Below the pieces are notes generated by a model that had not been told where the DNA came from, searched no databases, and was given only the letters and a program-made list of their open reading frames with translations. From the NCBI GenBank assembly GCA_038840695.1, contig JAWBVE010000004.1, forward strand, positions 774 through 64,773: DNA of 64,000 bases. The letters are read 5' to 3'. Both the position numbers and the translations under genes were made by a program. Origin of the DNA: Candidatus Pacearchaeota archaeon (lineage in GTDB: Archaea > Nanobdellota > Nanobdellia > Pacearchaeales > JAPDKA01). Positions 27,672 through 36,612 of the stretch are shown one piece after another (position 1 is the first letter of the stretch; each line of letters opens with the position of its first letter).

Positions 27672-28166
27672 TTACGCTTTACTTTTTATTTTTTCTAAGT
27701 ATCTTGCCATAATTAAATCTTTTCTTAGCCTTTCTTCAATTTTTGCATAAAGCTCTTGAAGTTTTGAAAATTCCTGCTTTGCATCATCTATACTAAAAGC
27801 AATAAAATTTCCATTTTCTTTCATTGCAACATAGCTATTTTGTTTTAAAAAATTTACACTTGAATTTTGAATAAGCTCAGCTTTTGAAATGCAATGCTCA
27901 ATAAATTCTATCTCACTAATGTTAAGATAGCGCTTTGCTATTTTTTTAAATCCATCCAAGCTAAAGCCCTTAACATTTATTCTTTTATAAGCTTGTTCAT
28001 ATAAAAGCAAGGCTTCAGCCAAGTTTTTTGTTGCTTTTCCAATATCAAGAAAAATTTTCTCTAAAATTTTTTTATCTTTAAGTCTTGGGTAGAGCATATG
28101 GATGAAATAATTAATGCTCCTCAGCGATTCTTTTCCTGTTAAAAATATTTTGGCTATTTCTTCCAT
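27672..28166 (-). CDS. hypothetical alpha-helical protein
   Basis: ATG at 28166. No recognisable motif. Confidence 0.35.
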   Translation of the reverse strand: MEEIAKIFLTGKESLRSINYFIHMLYPRLKDKKILEKIFLDIGKATKNLAEALLLYEQAYKRINVKGFSLDGFKKIAKRYLNISEIEFIEHCISKAELIQNSSVNFLKQNSYVAMKENGNFIAFSIDDAKQEFSKLQELYAKIEERLRKDLIMARYLEKIKSKA

Positions 28167-28221
28167 GATAAATAAAGCCTTGTGACTATAAAAATATTTT
28201 TAGCCAAAAATTAGCAAAAAT

Positions 28222-28377
28222 TTATCCAAAAATATTTAGCAAAAGCTCGAGAATAATGAATATGATAATGATTAAGATCAGCAAGGTTGGTTTTATTTCT
28301 ATCCTGCTTTTATATTCTTCAAAATATCTTGTGAGCCCGCCAAAGCTCGGTGGCAACATAACTTTTTCTTCTGCCAT
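28222..28377 (-). CDS. secG: preprotein translocase subunit Sec61beta/SecG (archaeal)
   Basis: The ATG at 28377 gives the 52-aa MAEEKVMLPPSFGGLTRYFEEYKSRIEIKPTLLILIIIIFIILELLLNIFG. The GL.RYF.E...I...P plus C-terminal TM pattern is typical of archaeal Sec-beta. The longer track ORF (to 28443) is rejected. Confidence 0.7.
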   Translation of the reverse strand: MAEEKVMLPPSFGGLTRYFEEYKSRIEIKPTLLILIIIIFIILELLLNIFG

Positions 28378-28439
28378 CTTTTGCTTATGAATTTTGTAAG
28401 CAGGATATAAGCAGGAGGTAGGCCTCCTTTTGTTGCTCA

Positions 28440-28660
28440 GCATTAAGCAATGAGCAACCTAGCATCCTACTAAGCGGCTGTGCCTTTCACTCTTGGGTTG
28501 GCCGTTTCATCCCAGCGCCATGCGCATGGGTCTCGTTTCTGTGCCAGAGCCATGCTTTTCAGCATATGCCTTTAAGCATCAAGAGCTTGCAAAGGCAAGC
28601 TGAAGTGGGAGGACCTTCCTCACTATGCAGCGAGAGCTAGGCTCCTGCTTATTTTAGAAA
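28440..28660. ncRNA. GC-rich structured noncoding island (candidate structural RNA, class unresolved; SRP RNA or RNase P RNA-like considered)
   Basis: About 220 nt, clearly GC-richer than the flanks, with no ORF. Perfect hairpins AGCUUGC-AAAG-GCAAGCU, AUGCU-UUUC-AGCAU and CCAUG-CG-CAUGG. The termini are near-complementary (AAGCAAUGAGCAACCUAGC ... GCUAGGCUCCUGCUU), giving a long closing helix. Strand undetermined. Confidence 0.35.
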
Positions 28661-28765
28661 TAAAATTTTAAAATTTAAAAATTTTTTTAAAGTAAAAAAT
28701 AAAGCAAAAATAAACAAAGCGAAAGCAAAACGACAAAAGAAGACAAAATAAATGCAAAGAACAAA

Positions 28766-29122
28766 ATGAAAGCGCATGCTTATTTTGTGCTAATTCTCAC
28801 CTTTATTGCCTTTATTGCTTTAATCCTATGCTCAGGATGCAAAGAGAAATTGAGTGAGGATAGAGGCTTGAAGGAAGGCACAAAAGAATTAGAGTTGTGC
28901 ATGGCAGCTTGCTTAAGCGCGTTAGCAAAAAATCAAAGCCTTGAAAACGGGCCTTGCTTACTTGATCCAATAGAGAATAGCGATTGGGTCTGTGATATCG
29001 CGCATTGGCCAAGAGAACAAATAGATAATTTACGCGAAAATCAATGTAATGCTTGGCACAATGGCACAGCAAAGCATTTCATCGAGCTAACTCCAGAATG
29101 TAAATTCATAAGAGCGCTGTAA
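28766..29122 (+). CDS. small secreted Cys-containing hypothetical protein
   Basis: Signal peptide with lipobox-like FIALILCSGC. Eight Cys. Preceded by a 105-nt A-rich leader. Confidence 0.4.
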   Translation: MKAHAYFVLILTFIAFIALILCSGCKEKLSEDRGLKEGTKELELCMAACLSALAKNQSLENGPCLLDPIENSDWVCDIAHWPREQIDNLRENQCNAWHNGTAKHFIELTPECKFIRAL

Positions 29123-29251
29123 TGCTTGGCTTTGGCGTTAGCGAAGGCTTTAGCAGATGTAGCAAACATTAGCAAAATTTAAATTATTGATTTTATTATA
29201 AAGAGCAAGACGGGCAAGCTTCGTGCTTTTCATGGCGCTTGCGGTGCTTGC

Positions 29252-29323
29252 GCCTCGGTAGCTCAGTGGTAGAGCAATCGCTTCGTAAGCGATGGGTCAT
29301 GGGTTCGAATCCCATCCGAGGCT
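29252..29323 (+). tRNA. tRNA-Thr (anticodon CGU)
   Basis: Hand-folded. Acceptor GCCUCGG/CCGAGGC. D arm GCUC-AGUGGUA-GAGC. Anticodon arm AUCGC-UUCGUAA-GCGAU. T arm AUGGG-UUCGAAU-CCCAU. Discriminator U. No encoded CCA. Confidence 0.9.
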
Positions 29324-29366
29324 TCTTTTATCCTCTTCTTTTATCCTTTTATCTTTTATTTCAATT

Positions 29367-30671
29367 TTATTTCACCAATTTTTCAATAACCTCTCTTTCA
29401 TTAAGAAGTTCCTCTTTACCATTAATCATATTTCTTAATCTTAACTTACCACTTTTGAGCTCATTTTCGCCGATAATTAGACAAAATTCGATACCTTCTT
29501 TGTTTGCATAATCAAGAGCCTTGCTTAGTTGCTTATCAGAAATGTCAGTATTTATTCCACTTGCCCTTAAGCTTTGTGCTATTTTTAAACATTTTTCTAG
29601 TGTGTTGATTGGAATTATTAAAACTTTTGGCACTGGCATTTTTTTTATTTTTTCTAACTTTATTTTTTTCTCTTTTAGCACTTCATAAATAACATCAAGA
29701 CCAAAACTCATGCCACTGGCAGGATAGGCTCTGCTAGTATTGAGCATTTTACTTATTAAATTATCCCATCTTCCTCCAGCAGCAATACTTCTTTTTTGCT
29801 TAGAATTTTTCAAATAAACTTCCCAGATTGGGCCAGTGTAATAAGCCAAGCCCCTAGCTAAGCTAGGAACAAATATTACATCTTTTAGGCCTAGCACTTT
29901 GCAAAGTCTCAATAGCTCTTCTATTTCTTTCAAGCCCTCAATTGCTAAGCTATTTCTCAAATTTCTTTTAAAAAACTCAAGCTTTTTCTCATTATTTTTT
30001 TCTCTCTCGCTTCTTGCTTTGTCAAAAAAGGCAAACAATTTTTTTATGCTTTCATCACGCAAGCCCTTCGCTTTCAATTCATTAATAATAGACTGCTTGC
30101 CATATTTCTCTAGCTTATCAATGCTCAAGATAGCACTATCTATTTTATCTTTTTCAATACCACATTCTTCCATCAGGCCAGAAAGAAATTTTCTGCTATT
30201 TAACTCAACATAAACCTCGAGACCAAGCTCTTTAAAGATATCAAATGTCAATGCTAGTAATTCAGCATCAACAGCTAAGCTTTCACTTCCAACGCAGTCA
30301 ACATCGCATTGCACAAATTCACGCATTCTTATTGAACTTACAGGACCATCTCGAAAAACTTTCCCTATTTCATAGCGCTTAAAAGGCATTCTTAAATTTG
30401 GATTTAGGCCAATAAGTTTTGCTAGCTTAAAAGTTAACTCATAACGTAAACAAAGGTCTCGATTGCCCCTGTCTCTTAATCGATAAATCTCACTTACAAT
30501 TTCATTTCCAGCCTTGCTTGAAGCAAATTCATAAAAATCAAGAATGCTGGTTTCAACCGGCTTATAGCCATATCTTCTAAAATTTTTCTTCAAAATTTCA
30601 ATTATAGTCTCTCTCAACTCTTGCTCTTCTGGCAAATAATCTCGCGTGCCTTTCAAAACAGGAATTTTCAT
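29367..30671 (-). CDS. hisS: histidyl-tRNA synthetase
   Basis: The N-terminus MKIPVLKGTRDYLPEE contains the GTRD motif. Class II motif 2 is RYEIGKVFRDGPVSSIRMREFVQCDVD. A C-terminal anticodon-binding domain is present. Confidence 0.9.
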   Translation of the reverse strand: MKIPVLKGTRDYLPEEQELRETIIEILKKNFRRYGYKPVETSILDFYEFASSKAGNEIVSEIYRLRDRGNRDLCLRYELTFKLAKLIGLNPNLRMPFKRYEIGKVFRDGPVSSIRMREFVQCDVDCVGSESLAVDAELLALTFDIFKELGLEVYVELNSRKFLSGLMEECGIEKDKIDSAILSIDKLEKYGKQSIINELKAKGLRDESIKKLFAFFDKARSEREKNNEKKLEFFKRNLRNSLAIEGLKEIEELLRLCKVLGLKDVIFVPSLARGLAYYTGPIWEVYLKNSKQKRSIAAGGRWDNLISKMLNTSRAYPASGMSFGLDVIYEVLKEKKIKLEKIKKMPVPKVLIIPINTLEKCLKIAQSLRASGINTDISDKQLSKALDYANKEGIEFCLIIGENELKSGKLRLRNMINGKEELLNEREVIEKLVK

Positions 30672-30863
30672 AATAAAAGAGCACTATGCAATTTTTAAAT
30701 TTACTTTTTTTAAATTTACTTTTTAATCTTGGCTGCAGAGGTCGCGCACAGCCAATAATCAACTCTTTTTTTCTGAATTGGAGTTTGCACCAGCTGCAGA
30801 AGCGCAGAGAGATCAATCAAACAAGTTTTAAAACCCTGTAGGCTTTAATTATTAGCAAGAAAA

Positions 30864-31253
30864 ATGAAAGAAAAAAGAGGGCTTTCATTTTTGATGCAGG
30901 TTGTTATAGAAATTTTATTTGTTATAGCCGTCTTTGCATTTCTTGCTTTCTTTATTAGTTCTGCAAAATATCTTGACACTAAGCGAGTAGCATTAGAGGA
31001 GCTTGCTTATAGTGCAACTATTCTCGATGAAGCTGAAATTAGCTTTAATACAAGCGAGTTCAATGCAAGTGAATTAAGGCTTGAAGATAGCACTTTTTCC
31101 TTGTCTTTAGCTCCTCTTATATCTTATAAGGCCAAAATTTATGCGAGCAAAGAAATGACACTTGAAGGAAATCATTTGAAAATTGGAAAGACAAAGGCCG
31201 AGACAAAGGCCAAAGCCAAAGACCAGACAAAAGCTGTTAGAGAAGAAGCTTGA
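30864..31253 (+). CDS. pilin-like protein (class III leader)
   Basis: MKEKRG|LSFLMQVVIEILFVIAVFAFLAFFISS, a canonical KRG plus hydrophobic leader. Confidence 0.5.
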   Translation: MKEKRGLSFLMQVVIEILFVIAVFAFLAFFISSAKYLDTKRVALEELAYSATILDEAEISFNTSEFNASELRLEDSTFSLSLAPLISYKAKIYASKEMTLEGNHLKIGKTKAETKAKAKDQTKAVREEA

Positions 31254-31273
31254 AGCTCTTAAATCTTGTTAAA

Positions 31274-31690
31274 ATGAAAAAGAAATTCAGCAAAGAAAAA
31301 GAAAGAAAGGGAAAAAAAGCGCAGCTTTTAGGCTCAGAGATTTTGCTTTGGTTTTATAGGTTTTGGTTGATTGCACTTGTTGCGATTGGCACATTGATTA
31401 TAGTAGGCAAATATCAAAGTATTACTCTTGATAAAAATCCTTTTATTGCTAGTAAGCTTGTTGCAGAAGTTATAAACTGTGAAGGCGATGACAGGCTAGA
31501 TTGCCTTAGCATAGGCCCTGAAGATGACATTTATGTAAGTTATGATGGCAAGGCGAAAGGAAATGAAAATTACAGGCTTTATTGTGAGTTAATAAAGCAA
31601 GGTAGAGAAGTTACTCATTTAGATTTATATTGTAAGGAATATAAAATTTTTGATAAAACTTTATATCTTGCTGTTGCAAGAAAAAAATGA
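31274..31690 (+). CDS. pilin-like protein (class III leader)
   Basis: The track start 31250 is TTG and overlaps the upstream stop; an ATG lies at 31274. Leader KERKGKKAQ|LLGSEILLWFYRFWLIALVAIGTLIIV, with Glu at +5. Confidence 0.5.
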   Translation: MKKKFSKEKERKGKKAQLLGSEILLWFYRFWLIALVAIGTLIIVGKYQSITLDKNPFIASKLVAEVINCEGDDRLDCLSIGPEDDIYVSYDGKAKGNENYRLYCELIKQGREVTHLDLYCKEYKIFDKTLYLAVARKK

Positions 31691-32094
31691 TTGCGAAAAG
31701 AGCAAAGAAAGCAAAAAAAGCTAGGAAAGCACAAACAAGCTTTTTAGGCTTGATGCTGACAACTTTTATCCTTGTTTTCTTAATTCTTCTTTTCTTTATT
31801 GCATCTTTTTTTGTGTCTGGAAAAAAGACAACAATAAAGCTTGGCGAGAGGCTAACAGAAAAAAATTTGAATTATTTTTTGCTTCATAACATAACAGGCT
31901 CCAGTCTAGACAGCATTTATAAATGTGTGCTCAACAAAGAAAGTTGCTCTGCTGAACTTGATAAGCTCAATAGGCTTGAAATTAATTTCTTGAACATAGA
32001 AAAAATAGCCACTATAGAAGCCATGCAAGAGGAAGAGCTTCTCTTGCCCTTTACTGAGTCAAAAGTAATTTTAGTTAAGGTAAGAGAAAAGTAA
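31687..32094 (+). CDS. pilin-like protein (class III leader)
   Basis: ATGA overlap with the upstream gene. Leader KKAKKARKAQ|TSFLGLMLTTFILVFLILLFFIASFFV. Confidence 0.5.
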   Translation: MIAKRAKKAKKARKAQTSFLGLMLTTFILVFLILLFFIASFFVSGKKTTIKLGERLTEKNLNYFLLHNITGSSLDSIYKCVLNKESCSAELDKLNRLEINFLNIEKIATIEAMQEEELLLPFTESKVILVKVREK

Positions 32095-32274
32095 AAGAAA
32101 AATAAAATAAGTTGCAACAAAGCGAAAAAAAGAAAAAAGCAAACAAGAAAAAAGAAAAGAAAAAAAGAGAAATCAATGAAAAAGTGCAATAAAAAAAGGT
32201 TAAAGCAAAAAACAAAAAGATAAAACAAAAGAAAATCAAAAACAGCAAAGAGAATAAACAAAAGAAATCGCAAA

Positions 32275-33063
32275 ATGAAAAAAAGCAAAAAAGGCTTTGC
32301 ACTTTTTCCAATACTTATTGTTATCGTCGCTTTAATTATCTTTAATATGGCCTTTTATGGCTTGTTGACAAAAACAAAGCAAAAAATAAAAAATATCGAG
32401 CAGCTTGACGAGATTTTAGACTATAGATGGTTTGTTGAAAGCTCAGAACTTTTTTTAAACAACTCAATTAAACTTGCGTATTCAAATTCACTGAAAGAGT
32501 TTTTTTTGCAAATTGATAGAAGCGAAACTTGTAGAGTAACAGAGTTTCAAGGAATGAAATGCTTTTCGCTTAGCAATTGCTACTTTGATAAAACAATCTT
32601 TCTTGAAAATTTTAATACTAATTTTAATAAATATCTCGAGAGCTTGAAAAGAATAAGCGAGAGGCGGGGAATAAACTTAACTTATGCCTGTAGCATAACT
32701 GACGGCGAAGGCAAGACACTTCGATGTAATCTTGTCTTTGAAAAAAACTTTACTCACCAATTTTTAAATTTAAGCATAAAGAAAAAAATAGAATATAAAA
32801 GCGACCTTGATTTTAGTGAGCTTGACAAGCTTGAAAGCGCGAGAAAAGCTCTGTTAAAGTTAAAAGAGGCAAACAAACTTGGACAGGGCGAACTTGAGCA
32901 GAGCGAGCAGAGTATTAGCTTTGATGAGATTGGGGCTGAAATAAGGGGGCAAGATCAAGACCAAGGCGGGAGGCTTTATGCTATTATAAAAACAAAAGAA
33001 AAGTTTTTTGTTCAAGGCGAGCAACTTAAATATGAGCCTATTGAAGTATGTTTTATTTTTTGA
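32275..33063 (+). CDS. pilin-like protein (class III leader)
   Basis: MKKSKKG|FALFPILIVIVALIIFNMAFYGLL. Preceded by a 180-nt A-rich spacer. Confidence 0.5.
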   Translation: MKKSKKGFALFPILIVIVALIIFNMAFYGLLTKTKQKIKNIEQLDEILDYRWFVESSELFLNNSIKLAYSNSLKEFFLQIDRSETCRVTEFQGMKCFSLSNCYFDKTIFLENFNTNFNKYLESLKRISERRGINLTYACSITDGEGKTLRCNLVFEKNFTHQFLNLSIKKKIEYKSDLDFSELDKLESARKALLKLKEANKLGQGELEQSEQSISFDEIGAEIRGQDQDQGGRLYAIIKTKEKFFVQGEQLKYEPIEVCFIF

Positions 33064-33153
33064 TATTTTTTTGATTTTTTGATATATTTTTATATTTTTA
33101 TTTATATTTTGTTTTTATCCATTAAATTTTAAAATATGTTGCAATAGAATTTT

Positions 33154-34128
33154 ATGCTTGATTCAAGGCTTGCTGAAATTATAGAGAAAATAGCAAAGTT
33201 TGGAAATACAAGCAAGGAAGAAGTGCAAAGAAGAATAGAGGCAAAAAAAGAAGCACTCGGTGGGCTTATAAGCTATGAGGGAGCAGCACAAATTGTAGCT
33301 GCTGAACTTGGAATAAGATTTGATAGCATAAAACTTAATCTTAGCGATCTCTTGCCTGGAATGAGAAAAGTAAATGTTATCGGCAAGATAGTTGAGCTTT
33401 ATCCAATTAGAAATTATAGGAAAGGTGATAAAGAACTAAAACTTGCATCTTTTCTTCTTGCAGATTCAACTGATGCTATTCGAGTTGTGCTTTGGGACAC
33501 TAAGCATATCGCTTTGATAGAGCAAGGTAAAATAAAAGAAGGCGATACAGTTGAAATAAGCAATGGATTTGTGAGGGGCGATATGAATAGCAAGGAGATA
33601 CATTTAACTGGCCTTTCTGATATCGCTTTATCAAGCATAAAACTCGAGCAAATAGTTGAGAAAGAAAAATATCCTTTCAAGCTTATAGCTGAATTAGCTC
33701 TAAATACAAGAGCTAAAATTAAAGCAAATATTGTTCAGGCATTTTCTCCTTCTTTTTATGATTTTTGTCTTGTATGTAATAAAAAAGCAGAAAATTGCGG
33801 CCATGCTGAATTTGAGAAGCGTGGGGTTTTTGCTTTTATTGTTGATGATGGAAGCGAGAGTATAAGATGCATTGCATTTAATGATACCATATTGAAAATA
33901 CTAGGCATTGATAGCATTGATGAAATTTCTAGTGAGGCAAGTGCGAGTGAAAAAGCAAGCGAAAAACTTCAAGCAAAACTCCAAGCAATTTTAGGGGATG
34001 AATTTTGGTTTGTTGGTAGGGTTAGAAAAAACACCTTTCGAGATAGACTTGAGTTTGTTGTTGATGATGCCGAGCAAGTTGATGTTAAAGAATTGATTGA
34101 AAAGCTGCAGAGCTCGTCCCTAAAATGA
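33154..34128 (+). CDS. replication protein A (RPA)-like ssDNA-binding protein with OB folds and Zn ribbon
   Basis: The N-terminal helical domain (EEVQRRIEAKKEALGGLISYEGAAQIVAAELGI) resembles archaeal RFA N-termini. OB-fold region NVIGKIVELYPIRNY..KLASFLLADSTDAIRVVLWD. Zn-ribbon CLVCNKKAENCGH. Confidence 0.55.
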   Translation: MLDSRLAEIIEKIAKFGNTSKEEVQRRIEAKKEALGGLISYEGAAQIVAAELGIRFDSIKLNLSDLLPGMRKVNVIGKIVELYPIRNYRKGDKELKLASFLLADSTDAIRVVLWDTKHIALIEQGKIKEGDTVEISNGFVRGDMNSKEIHLTGLSDIALSSIKLEQIVEKEKYPFKLIAELALNTRAKIKANIVQAFSPSFYDFCLVCNKKAENCGHAEFEKRGVFAFIVDDGSESIRCIAFNDTILKILGIDSIDEISSEASASEKASEKLQAKLQAILGDEFWFVGRVRKNTFRDRLEFVVDDAEQVDVKELIEKLQSSSLK

Positions 34129-34475
34129 AAATTGCTTCAGTTGGAACTAATGGGAAGTAAAACAACTGCAGCCATGAAATTGTCGCTTTACTAAAAAAGA
34201 GCTCTTTTGATGAGTCATTTAGAAAAAGTAGCAAGGAAATGTCCTTTGCCGATAAACGAAGAAACAACTAAAGAAAGTCAAAAATGGATTTTTTTATTCA
34301 CATTTAGCTTATGAGTTGACATTACGCTTATGAGAGAACCACAAAAAGATGAAGCAAGATCGACTAATAAAAATTTTAAGAAGAAATTGATATAATAATA
34401 AGAAATTTTTTTGAGAAGTTTAAGATTGACTATTCAGAATATAAAAATCAGAAGATGCAGTAGAAAAAATAAAAG

Positions 34476-35480
34476 CTACTCTTCCTTATCGCTAATTCCT
34501 TGTGGGGTTATGAAAATTATGGTCTCATTGTCTGGGAGATTTGGGCTATCAATAAGCTTAATTATCCTGCTATTCCCTTTTCCTCTTCTAAAATAAAGCC
34601 TGTAAGTTGATGCATGTCCAACTATATGTCCGCCAATAGCTCTTGTTGGGTCACCAAACATCATCGATGGATCAGCCATTACTTGATTTGTAACATAAAC
34701 AGCAAGATTGTACTGCTCAGCTAGCCTCATTAATGTATGCAAATACTTGTTCAATTTCTGCTGTCTGTCAGCAAGAGTGCCACGCCCAATATATTCTGCT
34801 CTAAAATGACTTGTTAATGAATCGACAATAATAAGCTTAATATGCTCGCCTTCTCTAAGCATTTCTTGGATTTTGTCAAGGAGGAGTATTTGGTGATCAC
34901 TATTAAAAGCTCTTGCAACAAAAATATTATTGAGTGTTTTCTCAGGATCAAGGCCTTTAGCCAAAGCAAGCTGCTTTATTCGTTCTGGCCTAAAAGTTCC
35001 TTCAGTGTCAATGTAAATTGCTTTTCCTCCAGCACCACCTTCCTCAAGAGGTAGTTGTACATTAATAGCAAGTTGATGTGCTACTTGTGTTTTACCAGAG
35101 CCAAATGCACCAAAAGCTTCTGTTATGGCTTTTGTTTCAACACCCCCTCCAAGTAAATTGTCAAAATTTTTACTGTTTGTTGTTATTTTTATTATCTCTT
35201 TCCTTCTTTTTTCGTAAGCAAGGCCAGTATCAAAGTCAAGTTTTAGGAATTTTCTTGCAGCAGCAATAATCTTTCTTGCAACACCTTCAGAAGCCTCAAT
35301 TGTTGTAGCAAGCTCTGCAGGAGGCATAACCGCTATTGCCATCAAGTCAGTAAAGCCAGCCTCTTCAAGCTTTTTTAATGTTGCAGCTCCAACACCAGGC
35401 AAATCCTTCAGCTCAAACTCCTTTTCTCTTTCCTCTTTTTCCTTCTTTTCTTTTTTCTCTTCTTTTTCTTTCTCAGCCAT
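34476..35480 (-). CDS. radA: DNA repair and recombination protein RadA
   Basis: The track start 35486 is TTG; an ATG lies at 35480. HhH region [17 protein letters not shown]. Walker [24 protein letters not shown] is present. Walker [15 protein letters not shown]-rich N-terminal extension. Confidence 0.9.
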   Translation of the reverse strand: MAEKEKEEKKEKKEKEEREKEFELKDLPGVGAATLKKLEEAGFTDLMAIAVMPPAELATTIEASEGVARKIIAAARKFLKLDFDTGLAYEKRRKEIIKITTNSKNFDNLLGGGVETKAITEAFGAFGSGKTQVAHQLAINVQLPLEEGGAGGKAIYIDTEGTFRPERIKQLALAKGLDPEKTLNNIFVARAFNSDHQILLLDKIQEMLREGEHIKLIIVDSLTSHFRAEYIGRGTLADRQQKLNKYLHTLMRLAEQYNLAVYVTNQVMADPSMMFGDPTRAIGGHIVGHASTYRLYFRRGKGNSRIIKLIDSPNLPDNETIIFITPQGISDKEE

Positions 35481-35574
35481 AATCAAAAAAAGCCCTTTTA
35501 TTTATAAAGCTTGTTGATTTTTTTTGCTACTAAGCATAAATAGCAAGCTATAACACAGCTATGCAGTTCTATAG

Positions 35575-36612
35575 CTATGCTTTGTATACTTTGCTATGCT
35601 CCTTCCTTTTATTCTTTTTATACCTGCAATAACCACTTTTTCCATTACTTTTTGCTTGCATCATTGCTTCATCGGCATGCTTCAAAAGCTCGAGCATTGA
35701 AAAAGAATCATAGCCATAAGTTGCACCACCTACACTAATCTCTATTCTGCCCTTAAACTCAGGCACTTCTTTTGCAAATTCGATTGTGGCATAGTTGCTT
35801 ACTTCTTTGACAATTCGCTCTCCAATTTTATCAACTTCTTTTGGCAATGTTTCTGGGATAATAACAACAAATTCATCACCTTTATAACGTCTTCCTATTA
35901 TGTCAGTAGTACGGCAATACCTTTTCAAGCCCTCAGCAATCAGCTTTAACGCAAGATCGCCTCTTAAATGATTATAGTTATCATTTATTGCCTTAAAATT
36001 GTCAACATCGATAAAAAGAAGCGAGACATATTTTTTCTTTTTGCTTCTTTTTGCTCGCTCTACTTCTTTTTTTAATTGCTCCATGATATATCTCTCATTA
36101 TATAGACCAGTAAGACTATCTATTATAGCTTCTTGTTTTAATGTTTCTATTGCTCTAGTTTGCTTTGCTCCTAGAAAATGAACTAACCAATCAAGTTTTT
36201 GCATTTCTTTCCAAAGCTCAATTGCTTGTTTTCTTGCCTTTCTTGATAAGTAAAATCTCAACTTTGATATTCTATCAGGAATCTTCGGTGCAAGATAGTT
36301 AAGCATTATCTCTGCAAATTGATTTTTTCTTGCCCTTTCTTCTTCATAACTTGAATCTGTAACTACTTCTGACATAAGTGTATATTGCCTTTTTAGAATT
36401 GTTTTAAGATTCCCAATGAGTTCTCTAAGTTTTATTCTTATATTTATGTAATCATTATATTTGAAGTGAACATTTATTGGCTGTTTTAGTGCTTCTTTTT
36501 TCCAAGAAAGAAATTCTTCCTGACTACTTAACTCTTTTAGAAATCTCTCTACATAAACCTTTACCTTTCTATCAGCATTTTTTAATTTTTCTTCAAAAGC
36601 TATATTTTTCAT
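35575..36612 (-). CDS. GGDEF-domain protein (diguanylate-cyclase fold) with KGDEF signature variant and N-terminal helical domain
   Basis: DSLTGLYNERYI. FIDVDNFKAINDNYNHLRGD. GRRYKGDEFVVIIPET, with KGDEF in place of GG(D/E)EF. ISVGGATYG. HADEAMMQAKSNGKSG. Confidence 0.75.
   Translation of the reverse strand: MKNIAFEEKLKNADRKVKVYVERFLKELSSQEEFLSWKKEALKQPINVHFKYNDYINIRIKLRELIGNLKTILKRQYTLMSEVVTDSSYEEERARKNQFAEIMLNYLAPKIPDRISKLRFYLSRKARKQAIELWKEMQKLDWLVHFLGAKQTRAIETLKQEAIIDSLTGLYNERYIMEQLKKEVERAKRSKKKKYVSLLFIDVDNFKAINDNYNHLRGDLALKLIAEGLKRYCRTTDIIGRRYKGDEFVVIIPETLPKEVDKIGERIVKEVSNYATIEFAKEVPEFKGRIEISVGGATYGYDSFSMLELLKHADEAMMQAKSNGKSGYCRYKKNKRKEHSKVYKA

Noticed and set aside
28378-28443. N-terminal extension of the Sec61beta ORF (73-aa version)
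   Set aside because: Archaeal Sec-beta proteins are ~50-60 aa and begin near the conserved GL.RY motif. The internal ATG at 28377 gives the canonical length, and the extension has a Cys/Tyr-rich atypical composition.
28440-28660. Treating the GC-rich island as protein-coding
   Set aside because: There is no ORF longer than a few codons in any frame. Multiple perfect hairpins and complementary termini point to RNA structure instead.
29239-29511. 90-aa plus-strand ORF overlapping tRNA-Thr
   Set aside because: Its start lies inside the tRNA gene, it runs antisense through the hisS 3' end, and its composition is low-complexity.
31917-32311. Phe/Leu-rich minus-strand ORFs (123 aa and 78 aa) across the 32095-32274 spacer
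   Set aside because: They are antisense reading of the A-rich intergenic tract (TTT/TTC codons) and overlap real pilin-like genes. This is a typical artefact, repeated at 14238-14586, 8599-9071, 48312-48539 and 58596-58958.
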